NCBI GenBank assembly: GCA_973895155.1
Contig: OZ316897.1
Span: 18,799,011-18,863,010, forward strand
DNA from: Marsupella aquatica
Lineage: Eukaryota > Plantae > Marchantiophyta
Reading direction: 5' to 3'
DNA length: 64,000 nucleotides
Shown: positions 1 through 13,926 of the stretch, piece by piece
Layout of the letters: every line of letters starts with the position of its first letter
Position numbering within the stretch: the stretch's first letter is position 1
Made by a program: the position numbers and the translations under genes
Notes under the pieces: generated by a model
Told to the model about the DNA's origin: nothing
Seen by the model: the letters and a program-made list of their open reading frames with translations, nothing else
The model's database searches: none

Positions 1-1347
1 TTTTAGGTCTCGGACCCCCTAAAATGTAAGAAAAAAATACAATTTCTAACCCCTATAAAGAATATTCCAATAATTTGGTTAGAAAGACTCTAATGTTTTT
101 ATAAGACAGTCTCAAAATTGAATTTAAAAGACTCTGTACAGTTCTTCTGCAAAATTTTTTAAGTCTTCCCTTCAAATTAATAAAACGACCCTATCCTTTG
201 TCGCACATGATGTGCCATTTTTATGGAAGTGAAGCCCCCGAGAACACTATAATAGGCAATGCCGCCAATTTTGTCCTTCATCCCGTTACAAATTTCAATT
301 TTGGCGGTAATCAATACTGACCAAATGTTAGATACACACATCGTATTTTTTGTGCCCGTCCAATTCACTTGCCAGGGCTCTTGAATTGCCTTGCGTCGTC
401 GTCGTTTGTGGTCGTCATTGTCAGAGCGAGAAGCGAATGCCATTGGGAACCCATGAAGATGGGCCCGATCGAGGCCCTATACTCTCAGGCCTAGTAATCA
501 AGTGCCCCTTAAGCATCAAGAAGCCTATTAAGATGCATGGGAGCCCAAGACAAAGAAGGGTGAGGGCCCTTTGACATTCAGGTGCGAGCAGGGGCAAGGA
601 GGGCCCAAAGCCCTATACGCGAGGCAGGAGGAGAGGTGAGGCATTGGGAGGGGGGGAGAGAGCTTTAAAATAATGCTCCCTCCCTTTGGGGGCACTTCAT
701 TACTGGGCCCGAGGCCCTATCCTGAAGGGGTGAGGAGGAGGTGCTAACAGGGGCAAGGAGGGTCCGAGGCCCTATGCAGGAGGGGAGGAGAAGGGGACCA
801 AGGAGGAGGTGGGGCTGGGCCAGGTCGGGATGTGGGGGTTTTGCTGGGCCGGGATAGACCGGGAGGGGCTGTGCTAGGAGTGATGCCGGGAGCTGCAGGG
901 AAGGGCCGGCTTGGGCCAGGAGGTCATGGTCAGGTCTGGACGGGTTACTTGACAACGTCCTTCACATAACTACATCTTTGGTGAAACAACTTCATCATTC
1001 TTAACAACATCTTTCACATAACGACATATTCTGTGCAATACACGGGTATTGAGCTATTTTGAACTTAACAACATTGTTATATGTATGTACTTAACAAAAC
1101 GTTTGGCATAAAGACATCATTGGCAACACGACCTCTATTTCTTCCACAACCTGTTGGCCGAGATGACATCTTTTTCTCAACAACCTCTTGGCCGACACAA
1201 CATCTTTTGTTCCCAACAACTTCTTGGTGGACACTACATCTTTTGTTCTCACCGACATCTTTTGTTCTCAATGACATCTTGGGCAACACGACATCTTTCT
1301 TCTCAACGACCCCGTCAACTACCTCTTGGTCGACACGACATCTTTTG
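1..1347 (+). mobile_element. Partial non-autonomous Helitron-family repeat (window starts inside it)
   Basis: 1-241 closely matches 13527-13775 inside the Helitron at 12438-13926. It carries the same GACATCT-rich minisatellite and a decayed Helitron 3' terminus CTGTGCAATACACGGGTATTGAGCTAT at ~1031-1057. Confidence 0.6.
950..1345 (+). repeat. Imperfect ~35-bp minisatellite (TGGCCGACACRACATCTTTTTTCTCAACGACYTCT)
   Basis: Directly visible tandem units. The same unit recurs at ~12830-13480 and 13778-13900. Confidence 0.85.
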
Positions 1348-4263
1348 TAAGTTCTAAACGACCTCTACCCCTTAGTTTCTGATCACTTCTGGGTAATTCC
1401 CTGAAATGAACAAAATGCCATGGGATACAACTTAGTTTGCATGAGATGTCATCCTTGGGCACAGGCTCCAAATAGTAACTGTAGTAAGTAATCAAATGTG
1501 AATGTCATCCTTGCCTGGGCACCTCCTTGAAGATGTGAATGTAGTAACTAATCAAATATCCCATGTGAATTGTTTTTTTCGAGGACTGAGTTTGATTTAT
1601 CATTCCATGAGCCTAAATAATGCCTAAGTATGCATTGCATGTAAAATGTCAAGGATAGGGCAAGATGTTGAGCAAAGTTTTGAGGAGAGGCAAGGGAATG
1701 TAAGATCTAATGCAAGTGATCAAGGCAAGAGAATTGATTGAGGCATGGCATGTGTTGTTGTGATGACATCATGGTCGATCATCCGATTGATGTGGCCATG
1801 GTGTCGGGCTGAGGCAAACAAATGCTGGGGAAACAAGGAAGCTATAGAGACATCTTATGAGTGGTGACGGCCAATCCATGTTGTCAAAGCCCATGATTGT
1901 GTTACGATATAAAATATTGCAATAAGTTGCAATAAAGTGTCTTGCTATCACCTCCCCCTCCTTTTTCTCCTATTTCTTGTTGCACAAACTAAGATGTTGA
2001 GGTGACATAAAGAATGGCAAATGAGACAAATAAATATTGGTTATTGTTCAATCTAATAATGGGGTCATTTGTGGAGTCACTTTTTGTGGCTGAAAGATTG
2101 TAGTTGGATGGTTGTTGATATGCTTGGATTGGCAATCCAAGCACGACCTTGTGCAGAGGGAATTTATTATAGTTTTTGTTAAAAAAAATTGAACTTTTGT
2201 TTTCATTTTGCATATGTTATTTTGTTTTAAAATTTTCAAAAGTCCAAGACTATATATCATGTTTTAAAACTGTGTAAAAATTTAGGTGCAGGAGGGAACT
2301 GTTTTTGACTGTTTTAATTTTTGTTTTAGCGTTCCTTCTCATCTCATTTTACATAAATGAACATTTTTACATATTGTGTGTATATTCAAAAAATTAAAAA
2401 CCCTCAAATTTATTTTCATTTTTAGAATTGAAAATTATCTAGGGCTATCTTGCATGTGCTATCATCTTAAAAATTGCAGCCCTTACAACTCGTGAATTAT
2501 CGGCAAAAAGCTACATACAAAATCTACTCACAATTGGATAACGCTGTATTTTGTTTAGACATATAAGATTGCAAGGTCGGGGACAGTAAGGGCAACTTTG
2601 CTGCCCTTTGCCCTTGAAAGTGCACTTGTTTAGCCCTGAGAACTGGCTCAAGAGGGGGTGCAATGGAGGAAAGTCTGGGTCAGTCCATGGTTCCACTTCA
2701 TCACACCTAGAGCACTATTATTTCAGGACCCTCACATGCCCTTATTTTTAAGATCTTCAGTTGGGCAGGTGCAGAAAAGCACTGTTCTGAAGGACTGTGG
2801 ACCGATGGTCGGAAATGAGTCTATGGGGAGTCTAAATCTTAGACTGAGTGCAAAGCGTGTAAATGGATTCACACTAGTCCATCCACAACCGGCCCTCAGA
2901 TTTTTATAAGTCTGGAGATCGATGTCCGACATTATCATCCGCTTAAACTCCACGTGCGGAATGATCTAGCTCGCCTTTTCGAGTGCTTTCATTCATATGG
3001 ATCATCTAAGGTATAATGTTCTGCGTGATGTCTTCGATCAAGGATTTACAGTAGTTTTGCACTGGATGCATTCTATTCATTACGCGCGATCGGAATCCGA
3101 ATATGTACGCCATGATACTGATCACAAAGCTCATGCTGCCGGAACTTCGTGCACCCTCACTCGGTAATCTTCCCCTGCCCCATATTTCATACGTTTCACG
3201 ATTCAGGAGAGTGGATGTTGCGACGAAGGAGTACAAGTCCTGGCAGCTACAGTGGTCTCAGATTCTAATCTTGTTGAATGATCAGGCAGACAAAAACTGT
3301 AAATGGAGCTTGGTTGTAAGAACACCACAAGAGACTTCTCACTTTGTATCCATCTCTTGTGTACTCATTCTCGAATGTAGCTAATTCCACTCAGTCGGTC
3401 GATTGTGAGATGAAATCGGTCCCCAACTCGAGGCCTACTTTGTGTCCATTCCGTCTATGCAACGAATTAATATGTTAACAGTACACGCGGTTAACGAATA
3501 AAGTACAAATTACGGCGTAGCTGAAACCTCTGAGTCACGACTGCTTTCAGCTGAGTTTTGCTTATTAATTAAGCTCAACACAACGAGTGCCTCTTGTAAC
3601 ATGATCCGGGAAAGTAATCTCTGTCGTTAACTGATCGACAGATATTACATTTCGACCATCAGGCTGTCAGGTAGCAAAGTCGGATCATTCAGTCAAGTTA
3701 CTCAATTACCGACGATATTTTTTCTCAAACACCTCTCCCCATCGTATTTTCTAGCAGCAAACGAAGTACCTCTCCCCATCCCTCCCCCGCTCCCCACCAC
3801 ACAACAAACCACCCTTCGGACAGCTCCTGTCAGTCAATTCAACTGTGCCGAAGAAAAACTGGCAACACATGAGTGCGGGATTTTGTTTTCTCCTTTCAAG
3901 TTTGTTAAAAGACCATGGGATTCCGAAGTACTCTAAATTCATCATAGAAAACATGCCATAGTAATATAAGTGTGATAAAAAGCATGCCATTATGTATTAT
4001 CTGTTTCTGTATACATCACAGCTGGGCGCATAAATGAAAGTTTCCTTCAATGAGTGACCAAGTAAACGTTCTTACGCCAAACATTGCAAGTACCATAGCT
4101 TCTAGCTGTGCCCCTGATATAGCAAAACAAGAACAAAGTACATCCCACCTCCTATTCGAACACCAACACCATGACGATAACTATAACCTTTAATTCGTGA
4201 ACAAAGACCGAAAACAATCTCACAAAGCAGTCTGTAACATTCAGATTTGAATTGTGTATCTGC

Positions 4264-5685
4264 TCAAAGTTGAACAGCACGAATGAAAGGAGAACGTAAC
4301 CCTTGGAAGGAAAGGTTGTAATCCACCATGTTCCAATATATTGGTTCTCCCGGGGGTTCTCTGTCCTCCTCCTCAATAGGTTCTCTGTCCTCCTCCTCAA
4401 TAGGTTCTTGGTCTTCGTGCGGAACAACCCCTCGCTGATGGAAACGAAGAAAGGATACATCCTCTCGGCAATTCTGAAACCAAGGACCACCTATTATGAA
4501 GACGTCGTCATCCAGTGCTTGGACTGCACGAATTCCGCTTGGATCGATACCTCGGGAATATACTCCCAATCCAATTACATTCAATATTTCATGGAGAGCA
4601 GCCCATTCAACTGTTTCGAGATCAAAGCAAGAAAAATTTGTGCTCGAAATGGAAAAGAGTCGGCTATTTGCCATGAGCAATCTGGCATCAGAATGCCTTT
4701 CGTCAGGCCTGCTTGGATCTGCAGAAGATTCGTCGACATCGAGAAGCAATCTTCTCCATCTATCCTTTACAGGGTTATAAATCTCAACATGGTTTGCAGG
4801 GTATGTATAACACCATTCTGGAACAATCTGTGTTTCAAGAGTTTCACCCAAATCTCTCGGCAGTCTTCTGAAATTTCTTTGCGACTTCCGAAAATTCCTT
4901 TCGAAAAAGCTTCCGCCGTACACGAAAAGTCTGCCATGCAGAATTGCAACATCATGACCTGTCCGCACGAATGGCATGGGCATAACCGCGGTCCAAGCAT
5001 CTGCCTCCGGATCATACACCTCTGTTCCACGAACAGGTGCAAGACGAGAAGAACCACCGCATACGTAAATTTTCCCATCTACGATGCCCGATGCAAAATT
5101 CTGTCTAGCGGAATTCATGTTCGCACACTTTTTCCACTGCCTCTGTTCAGCCAGATTTAACATGTACACGTTCTTACTTCCAAGTTCAGTTCGAGGGTTC
5201 TTCAAACCTCCCAAGATATACAGTTTCCCATCCAATGCTATGCATTCGCACGACTGCGGGATTCCAGTCTTAACTAGTGGGATTGGAGGAAGCCTTTCAC
5301 GACACCTAGGTTCGTTGCCTAAGGAATAGAGACTTATCCCAAAGATACCAGCAGAAAGAGTATGATTAATGACAGCAAGCGTCTCCGTTGAGTGGGAACG
5401 AGCTCTCGCAGCATACGTTTGACCAGTGTTAATCGCTCTACGCCAAGCGTGGCTCACTGATGAGGGAGCACGAAACGTGCTCCATGGCAACACGGTCCAG
5501 ATTGGTTCCGAATCAAATTGGTCAGGAGAGGGTGGAAACTGTTCTCTAAAGATGGAGACTTTTTCAGGTCTCAAATACTTCTCCTGGCGTGCGATCTGGC
5601 GTACAATGTCCAACATCTTTCGCTCTAGCTTTCGCTTCCTCTCTTGTTCTGCTTTCGACCTCGCCCGTGTCATCATCTTCGACAC
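4264..5685 (-). CDS. F-box/kelch-repeat-like protein (degenerate F-box, kelch propeller), intronless, 473 aa
   Basis: Kelch motifs LDGKLYILGG...W, VDGKIYVCGG...EVYDPEADAW and LHGRLFVYGG...EIYNPVKDRW. The N-terminal FPPSPDQ...LPWSTFRAPSSVSHAWRRAI resembles the F-box of plant F-box/kelch proteins. Confidence 0.85.
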   Translation of the reverse strand: MSKMMTRARSKAEQERKRKLERKMLDIVRQIARQEKYLRPEKVSIFREQFPPSPDQFDSEPIWTVLPWSTFRAPSSVSHAWRRAINTGQTYAARARSHSTETLAVINHTLSAGIFGISLYSLGNEPRCRERLPPIPLVKTGIPQSCECIALDGKLYILGGLKNPRTELGSKNVYMLNLAEQRQWKKCANMNSARQNFASGIVDGKIYVCGGSSRLAPVRGTEVYDPEADAWTAVMPMPFVRTGHDVAILHGRLFVYGGSFFERNFRKSQRNFRRLPRDLGETLETQIVPEWCYTYPANHVEIYNPVKDRWRRLLLDVDESSADPSRPDERHSDARLLMANSRLFSISSTNFSCFDLETVEWAALHEILNVIGLGVYSRGIDPSGIRAVQALDDDVFIIGGPWFQNCREDVSFLRFHQRGVVPHEDQEPIEEEDREPIEEEDREPPGEPIYWNMVDYNLSFQGLRSPFIRAVQL

Positions 5686-7206
5686 TTAGGTGCAGCGTTC
5701 CCGAAGCCTTCTCTGAGCAATTGCCACGTACCCTACTGTATGACTACCACTGCGACGATGGCTGCTTGCTCGATCGTGCACCTGAATGATTTTCACCGTG
5801 TAAGTTATTTCACCACGGAATGCGAATCCACTCGATCACACGTGCGGTCATCTCCCGCGTCGTACCTGCTGTGCACACGATAAACAAGCCGTAAACAATT
5901 AAAGACAAGTCGAAAACGGGGAATGCGTTGATCGAGTCGAATCCGTTTCAAATGTATGAAAACTAGCGAATTCATATTTGAGCTAACGATATTCTTGGCA
6001 TGCCCCTATCGGGAAACCCTAATTAAGCTGGACCAAAGTTCCACGTTTCGAACTCCTCGCTATTCAATTCTGACCGTGACCAATGCAGCCAGAAGTCTGC
6101 GGTCGTCAGTTAAGTAGGAGGATGGAACCGGCAAGTCCCTACGTACTGGGTCTAGCCACTTATGTAAAAAGCAAGTGCTTCCTAGAAGTACTGAAAGATC
6201 GTTTATGAATTCTGCACTTATCAAAGAAGAGCGCGTTAAACGGAAATTTTAGTCAATTGCTTTGATCTTCAGAATATTAAGCAGGAGGACCCGATCGATT
6301 GCCAACAGTGGCTGTACTCTTACCGATCCGCAGACAATTTGCTACAAGGTGAACTAAAGTCTGATACGTTGTGCCAAATTAATTTGATCGCTCCTGAGAA
6401 TACTGAACACTTAGGGGAATCGGGTACCGATACCCGATTGCCAGTTGACTGCAGCTGTATTCTCACCGATCTGCAAACAATTCGAGACGAGAAGGTAATG
6501 GTTAGTGCGTTGTCTCAAATTGCTCCGATCGTTGACGGCAAAGTTTGACTACGTACATCAGATTAGAAGAAAAGGAATAGAACTGGCATCGCTCCTGGAC
6601 CAACAGATCAAAGCTAAATCAACAAAAAACTCGTGCTCTGAAAACTCGTGCTCAGAATGTCATGACGAAAAAAGCACACGCACAAATTGCACGAAGGCAT
6701 TGGGGAATACAACACCGTGAAGATCCGAGCCAAGATCAGACCACAGAGTCAAAGCTCCAGAGCATGCGTCTCACCTCGTGTGTCGAGGATTGCAGACAAA
6801 ACTTCACAAGGGAACTGTGCGCACTGCGAACCTTTTACAACCCCTAATGAGTACATACAGTCTGCTGAGGGTATGCGCCTCATGGAAGGATGACAAATCG
6901 AGTATGATCCAAGGCACTGGCAGAGTCTACCCTCGACCTTCTGTTGGCTATAGCCCCTCATTCGTTCTAATTCTCTAGAGGGTGTATGTGGTCTGGACCC
7001 ATTCTCCCGGCCAGCAAAGGTTTGCTGTAATTACGGAAGGGAGTATATTGCTTTGGTGACACCTTGGCATGCTGCGGCAAACACAGTTGTTCGGAAGCCC
7101 TGTTTGTTCCGCCAATCAAGTTGTAGAGCCACTTCGACTCGACTTCGGGGCCCACTATCTAACGCACATGCACGTACCAAACATACAACCTTTGCGTCAT
7201 TAAGAG

Positions 7207-7284
7207 TGATGTTGATATCCATATATTCCGCTTTTGACTGAGATATGATGTTGATATCCATATATTCCGCTTTTGACTGAGATA
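7207..7284. repeat. Perfect 39-bp tandem duplication
   Basis: TGATGTTGATATCCATATATTCCGCTTTTGACTGAGATA x2. Confidence 0.95.
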
Positions 7285-10115
7285 GGTATAGGTAGGATTG
7301 AGGCCAGGTCACATCCTTTACGAACAACAGATACAATGGATGGCAAAATTGATACACACAGGAGCAAAACTTGCCATGATCATCATATATAGAAGAAAAC
7401 CCACAGATGCGGGGTAAATTAACCTGGCTCTCCCGCACCCGCGTTTCTTGAGAGAAAGTGCAGGTGATCGAGAAGCCAGGTTAATATATTTACTTTGCTT
7501 CTCACAATTATCGGAGGTCAATCAGGAGGTTGCGATTGGTATGACCAAGCTCCTGGCCCTGGAAACGTTCGCTGATGAATTGCTCAAGCCCCAGTTTGTA
7601 ATCAACCTCCGATAACGTGAATGGAACCTAGAGTATATTGGAACTCCCTTTAGTATCGCTAGATGAAAAAGACCATAATAGATTTTTTGTGTCCCGTTCT
7701 AGATTTACAGCACAATACTACCGTACCATTGAGACCTGTCAAAAGTGGCGGTGATGCTCTAAGGAATTGAGCGACCAGATGTTCGAGTCTGATAGTGTAA
7801 GTCCCTACCTTTCCTCTTTGAAGCTGTAGCTTCAATGACGGTGTTAAATCAATCTGGAAACCCCTTTACTCCCATTTCATGATCAAGGAGTGGTTACTAG
7901 CTTTGAATTTACTTAGCTTCTGTAGTTTGAGGACCCGAGTGAGTGTTCGAGTGCCTGGCACTAACTGCATACCTGCAATTGAGTGTATAAAGATGAACTG
8001 ATTAATGAATCGTAAATAGTTACAAGTAAGGTAGGTATAAGGTGTTGATCAGACAAAATTGAGGATTATTATGATCATCATGAGCTCCACCCAAACCAAC
8101 CACCATTGGTGATCTATCAAAGCTCCAGGCACCCATCTTCAACGCTCGATCCGGCGTACTGTGGTGCCGCTTTTTCAATTCTAGCCAATACCCAGAAAAT
8201 TAACAAAAATACAAAAGCAATCGCCTGAACGAAAATTTTGGGAATTACAGTAGGTTTTTTCAAATAGTTCAGTTGGGTCCAGTGTCTATTCCAGACACAA
8301 GTAAATTGCTGGGTCCTGGGTCCTTGTCTGAGCAGTAATTCTGGAAAATAATTTGTGCTTTACTCCTCACCCCTCCCTAATTCAGAGAGGCGCGTCTGGG
8401 ACTGCCTCAAACAAAAAACCCTCCCTCACTGTGAGGCCTGCGGGAAGGCTCCTTCCCACGCCATTGAATTTCACACATCTTTTAGCACTAACCTTACTGG
8501 ATCGAGGCTCAACGAAGAAGAACCTGACACTCAGTCTGCAAACCCTCTCACTAATATTCATGCTCAATTTTCGTTTTCTGCTGGAGTTCGAAGGACGAAC
8601 TGGGTCCCACGAGGTGCATTCAATGCACTTCCAGGGATCCGAATAAAAAAATGTGATAATGTCAGCGCTCCCTCTCTTGTCGACATCATTCGAGGAAGCT
8701 GGCATCTACAGTTCCACTCTCGACCCCTCACCCGTAGATAGATAGTGTGAAACTGTCAATAATGTCTTGACAAGACAAACCGCAGGAATCGGTCGGCCGC
8801 TCAACCTTCGCTCTTCAGAAAGGCCCCATGTTTTGCGATAACGCCAGGCAGCGCTCCCTGTCTTGTTGACATTGATTGTGGTCGCTGAGATGTACAATTC
8901 CGACTTGTCTCACTGTAGATTGCTGTTTTTCCTTATTAGTCAGAGTGTCGAATATCAGGTGTGTGAAGGAGAAGACGATAGTCCTTTATCTTCAATTCTC
9001 AAATTATTTTCTGACCATTACATCTCTAGAGTTTTAAGTAGGGCCCTGATCCTCCTGGGAAAAGGGGCCTGTGACTAGGGTGGGAAAGTCGCCACTGAGA
9101 CATAAAAAAAACTAGCAATTTTTTGCTAAATGTGGAGAAGATTTTTTGAAGAGGTGGAATCTAGCAAAAATTTGACACTGAGAAAAAAGACTGATATGAT
9201 TTGACGAGACAAGCCCCGGCCCATGCCACTCATCAGTAGCCACTTGGCCATGAATCTTTGCAAGCCCCAAGTACATGTTAATTTTTATTCTGTACGAAGA
9301 TATATGCTAGAAATATATTTGTTAATATATAATTTTCCAAAATTTAATCTGATAATTAAGGTGTCACGAGAGTGCAAGCTAGCTAGCCAGGGAGCATTGA
9401 CAATGGCCCTTGTAGCCAACCTAGAAAAATCAACAATCTCAAGCTTCTATCACAAAAATGGTATCAAACAGTGGTTTCAGGCAGTGTTCTCAGCCACTAG
9501 GATGCACCCAGATTCAGATTCTTTTGGGTTGCCAACAATCTCTGCTTGCAGTAGAAGGAAATGACTTTAATGCCACTACCTTATTTATACAAATATTTAT
9601 CTTCACAAGAAACATGGTTTTGAGGCTCAATAAATTTTATCTTCTCTTTTCCTGCCAACCTTTGGAGTGAATAATGTAGGTATTGGTGCACTTGTAAAAC
9701 AATCCATCAAACTAGAAATTGACCAAATTTAAAGCAAGGTAACAGGACTCACTTTTGTTGCGCAAACCTTTCAGTCACATAAGCATTATATCTGATTTCA
9801 CATTCACAGGCTCAATGGCAAGCTCAATGAAGGCTTCAATGAAAATTGAATTCAGAAATGATAGACAAATTGAAATATATTTCCACTCCAAACCGTCTTG
9901 AACCTGAAGCTCATAGACCACCACAGTTAACAACTGAAGATGATTTGATGGATTGAACAAAATAGTTCAAATTACACCTTTAAACTCAGGTGGAAGACAG
10001 TGCTAATTTGGACTGAACCTTCAGCCATCTTTATTGTCAAATTTTTGAGGCCTTCTCTTTCACTATGATTTCTTGGTATCAGAAAAGAGCTTATGAAAAG
10101 GTCGTTATTATTATA

Positions 10116-11613
10116 CTAGATAGCCCAATGCGCATGCACTGCACAGTATTTCTGAGAGGAAATTTTGTCAAGTTAAAACAATATATATGTCAAGTGAATT
10201 AAAGATCATAATTTGAAATTATTGAGAATTATTGAAATCGAGCATAAAGTTCTTAGACTAGAAATAATGTAGAGTACTGGAATTGTTGTCGAGCATAAAT
10301 ACTGTTAATTATTAAAGCAAAAGTGTTGTGAAAGTGAGAAGTAATGCAAACACATTCAATGATAAGCACATATGCAGTTCAGTTTTAAGTAACTCAGAAC
10401 AATCATGCAATCTTTCTCATTTTAGGTATTCCAATGCTTCTTTATTTTTTAGCATAATATTGTTGAGGCAAAGTGTCATCAAGTGGGAGTGTTGTCCAAT
10501 ATATAGGACCAAGGGTGCTTCACATTCTGAAAAAATTGTCCATCAAAACAAAATGATATTATTTTTACAGATGAAAAACTCCATTTCACAAAAGACCAAT
10601 TTGGGCGATAAAGGTTGGGCAGAAAAAGAATTAATACCCTTCCTGTTCTCACCCTAATAGGTGTCTTCCACATAGATTGCTCCTTCTTCGTTCCGACCCA
10701 TCCCATTTTCTTTCACTCTAGATTGTTTCCTCTTTGGGAGATTGTAAAGTTGTGGGGGAGCTTTTCATTTCTATGGTAAACACTTAAAAAAACCAAGTTG
10801 TCCACCCAATCATTTATTCCCTCACCCCATCCATTTGGTACCCTACACCCTCGCCTACACCCAAAGCCCTCCTCCCTGGGCACACATTTTGTTTTCCCCC
10901 TTTTTTTCTCACCACTCATATTAATTTCTCAGCCATAGGGGCCTCACTCTAAGGAAGGGAGGGGTGTGGACGGATTTGGCATATCACATACAACCCTTTT
11001 CAGTAATGAACGACGTCCCTACAAAATAAGCAAAAATAGCATTTGATCATTTTTAACCCTCTTTTTTGGAATATTTCAAACCCGCAAGAGTATTCCAAAT
11101 TTTGGTTTACAAAACCTTCTGTAAAACACTATCATTTGTTTACTGTAATGCTCAAAACTCAAGAACACTTTTAATGTTCTTTCACAAAAATTTATAAAAA
11201 TACAAACTATGATTCCCGTTTTATGGGCTTTGATAGTTTCCCCTTAAAGAATAAGAAATCTTCTAGGTAAGCTAGTTATTCACTCTTGATATACCAGAAA
11301 AAATAAGTGAGGACTTCAGGTGTTAAACCCCAAAACACCAACAAACTCTATGGCCTCACCCCCCATTTTGTTTCTTCATCTATCGGCCAAAGATTTCTTT
11401 GTCTCTTTTTAATTGCAAAGTGAGAAAAATTCCGTTCATCAACTTTGATTTTTCTCCCATTTTCTGGTACATCCAGACCCACCCAAACACTCCTCCCATG
11501 TCAAATGTCTGCCCAAGCTCCCCCAAGGCCACCCCACGCCTGCCCAAAATCAATTTAAGATCTCAATTAAATATATTGAATGAATTTATTTAATTTATTT
11601 ATATATATATAGA
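10116..11613 (-). mobile_element. Putative non-autonomous Helitron (minus strand)
   Basis: Minus-strand 3' end CAGTGCATGCGCATTG (hairpin)-GGCTAT-CTAG|T ends at 10116. Candidate 5' A|TCTATATATA at 11613. 11020-11260 is a diverged relative of the 1-200 segment. The 5' boundary is uncertain. Confidence 0.4.
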
Positions 11614-12437
11614 TATATATACTTCAAGAAATATTTATAATTCATTCTAAATTTAATATATCTAAATAATATAAATACTTAATATTCATGAAAATAACTT
11701 AAAACAAATCAGAACAGAACAAAGAGAACACAACCAATTTCAGATTGAAGGAAATATATTGCACGGTCAATTTGATCAATATTGCACGTCCATTCCCTGG
11801 ACTCCTCAAAGCGTTGGCCGCTATCACCCATTGCACATCCCGTTGCTCTAACCTTCACCCTCCCCAACAACAATTCTTTGACAACAACTACCCAGCCAAT
11901 ATGACAAGATTTCTATACCTTCAAACAACAATACACACTCTCGTGGTTTTTAACCATGGTGTCTTACAAAATTTGGGACAAAATCTTGGGGGTCTAAATA
12001 TATGGAGGACGTACCCCATCCTCCCCCACCCAATTACCTACGCTGTTTTTATATCTGGATCTCCATACTTAATTATTAAGTTAAAAAAAATTCCCTCCCC
12101 CTTTTAAAAAATTTTTGATTTAAAGAGAAACCTGTGAAACCACACATAGAGGGAAGACTAGGTCACAATAGTTGAACCAATACCTATAGGTCTTTCCTCA
12201 AATGAGCTAACACAAAGTATTGCATATTAACTTCTATAATAAACAGTTGCGCCTTTTTATAGCATGCTCTTCATTTGAATTTGAAGATCACAAAAATTAA
12301 AGAATCTGACCAAGAGAAGGAATAAACCAAAATTATATTATATTTGTTGTGAAATAAAGAGTGACACGTTTTCCAAGCAATAAATAATGGGGAATGGCAG
12401 GAATGACGACGCACAATAATGAGTATATTATGGAACA

Positions 12438-13926
12438 TCTATATATAGTACTTTATGTACCATCTACTTATAGTACTTACCCTATGATAATCTATGTCAT
12501 AAGATTGATTACAAATATTACATGCTGTAATAAAAAATATCAAAACCAAAAAATAGTACAAAAGGGGTAAAAGAGGGGGGGGGGGATAAAAAATGAAAAA
12601 TACAAAGACAAAAATGTTTTTTAGCTGATGATACTTTGTGGTTGTTGTCACTCATTTTTTGCCCCATGACACCTTTTACTAGATAACAATATTTGGTTAA
12701 TTATATCTTTATTACTTAGACATGTTTTGGACAATGATATTTTTTACTTAATGACATCTTTTGAGAGAGAAGTTTATTGGCATTTTTTGCACATCTTTTC
12801 CTTAAATATATTTAATGCAACTACATGTTTTACTTCACAACATCTATGATTGATGACATTTTTTTACTTGTTGACAGCTTTGGAGTCATGACATTTTTTT
12901 ACTTGACGACATCTTTTACTTGATGACATATGTTTTACTTCACAACAACTCAAATGGCAACATGATTTCTTTTTACTTGATGATATCTTTGACATAACAA
13001 CATCTTTGGTGCCCCGACATCTTTTTACTTGGCAATATCTTTCACATAATGACATCTTTTTACTCGACAATATTTTTCCATGACATCTTTGGAGACATGA
13101 CTCCTTTTTTTTTGAACAACATCTTTTTACTCCACGGCTTTTTTTAATGCCATCTTTTTACTTTGCGTCATCTTTGGAGACACAAAATCTTTTTACTTCA
13201 TGACATCTTTGGCAACTCAATTTTTTTTAACGACATCTTTTGTGCAACGTACGGGTTTCTTCACAACATCTTGGGCAACACAACATTTTTGCTTAAAAAC
13301 ACCTTGGGCGACACAATTTTTTTCTCAATGATGTCTTGGGCAACATGATATTTTTTTTTCAACGACATATTGGCCGACACAATATCTTTTTCCTCAAAGA
13401 CATCTTGGCCGACACGACATCCTTTTCTCAATGACTTCCTGGCAGACATGACATTTTTTTCTCAGCGACATCTTGGCCAACCTTGGGGGTCTCACCATAT
13501 GGGGACCTCCCCATCACCTGCGACGTATTTAGGCCTTGGACCCCCTAAAATGTAAGAAAAAAAGTATTTTTTAACCCCTATAAAGTTGGAATATTCTTGG
13601 AATATTCTAAAAATTATATTAAAAAGACCCTAATGTTCTTATAAGTCTCAAAATTTAATTGAAAAGACCCTATTGTTCTTCTACAAAAATTCTTAAGTCT
13701 TCCCTTAGAACCAATAAAATGACCCTATCTTTCGTCGCACATGATATGCCATTTTTGTGGAAATGAAATCCCCGAGTGGCCGACACAACATCTTTTTTCT
13801 CAACGACTTCTTGGCCGACACAACATCTTCTTTCTCAACGACCTCTTGGCCGACACAACATCTTTTTTCTCAACCAAATCTTGGCCGACACGACATCTTC
13901 TATGCAACGCACGGGTATTGAGCTAG
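12438..13926 (+). mobile_element. Non-autonomous Helitron (~1.49 kb)
   Basis: 5' A|TCTATATATAG at 12438. 3' TGCAACGCACGGGTATTGAG-CTAG|T ends at 13926, a typical plant Helitron terminus inserted between A and T with no TSD. Contains internal 35-bp arrays. Confidence 0.7.

Noticed and set aside
2700-3400. Short minus-strand ORFs that look like a gene remnant
   Set aside because: No family recognised and no consistent frame or splice model.
4303-5160. 285-aa plus-strand ORF
   Set aside because: Antisense shadow of the kelch gene with no recognisable motifs.
7885-7970. A/B-box-like motifs (GGAGTGGTTA, GTTCGAGT) suggesting a tRNA or SINE
   Set aside because: No cloverleaf, poly-A tail or TSD could be identified.
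13778-13900. 35-bp repeat arrays as a CRISPR array
   Set aside because: The units are contiguous with no unique spacers, there are no cas genes, the context is eukaryotic and they lie inside a Helitron.
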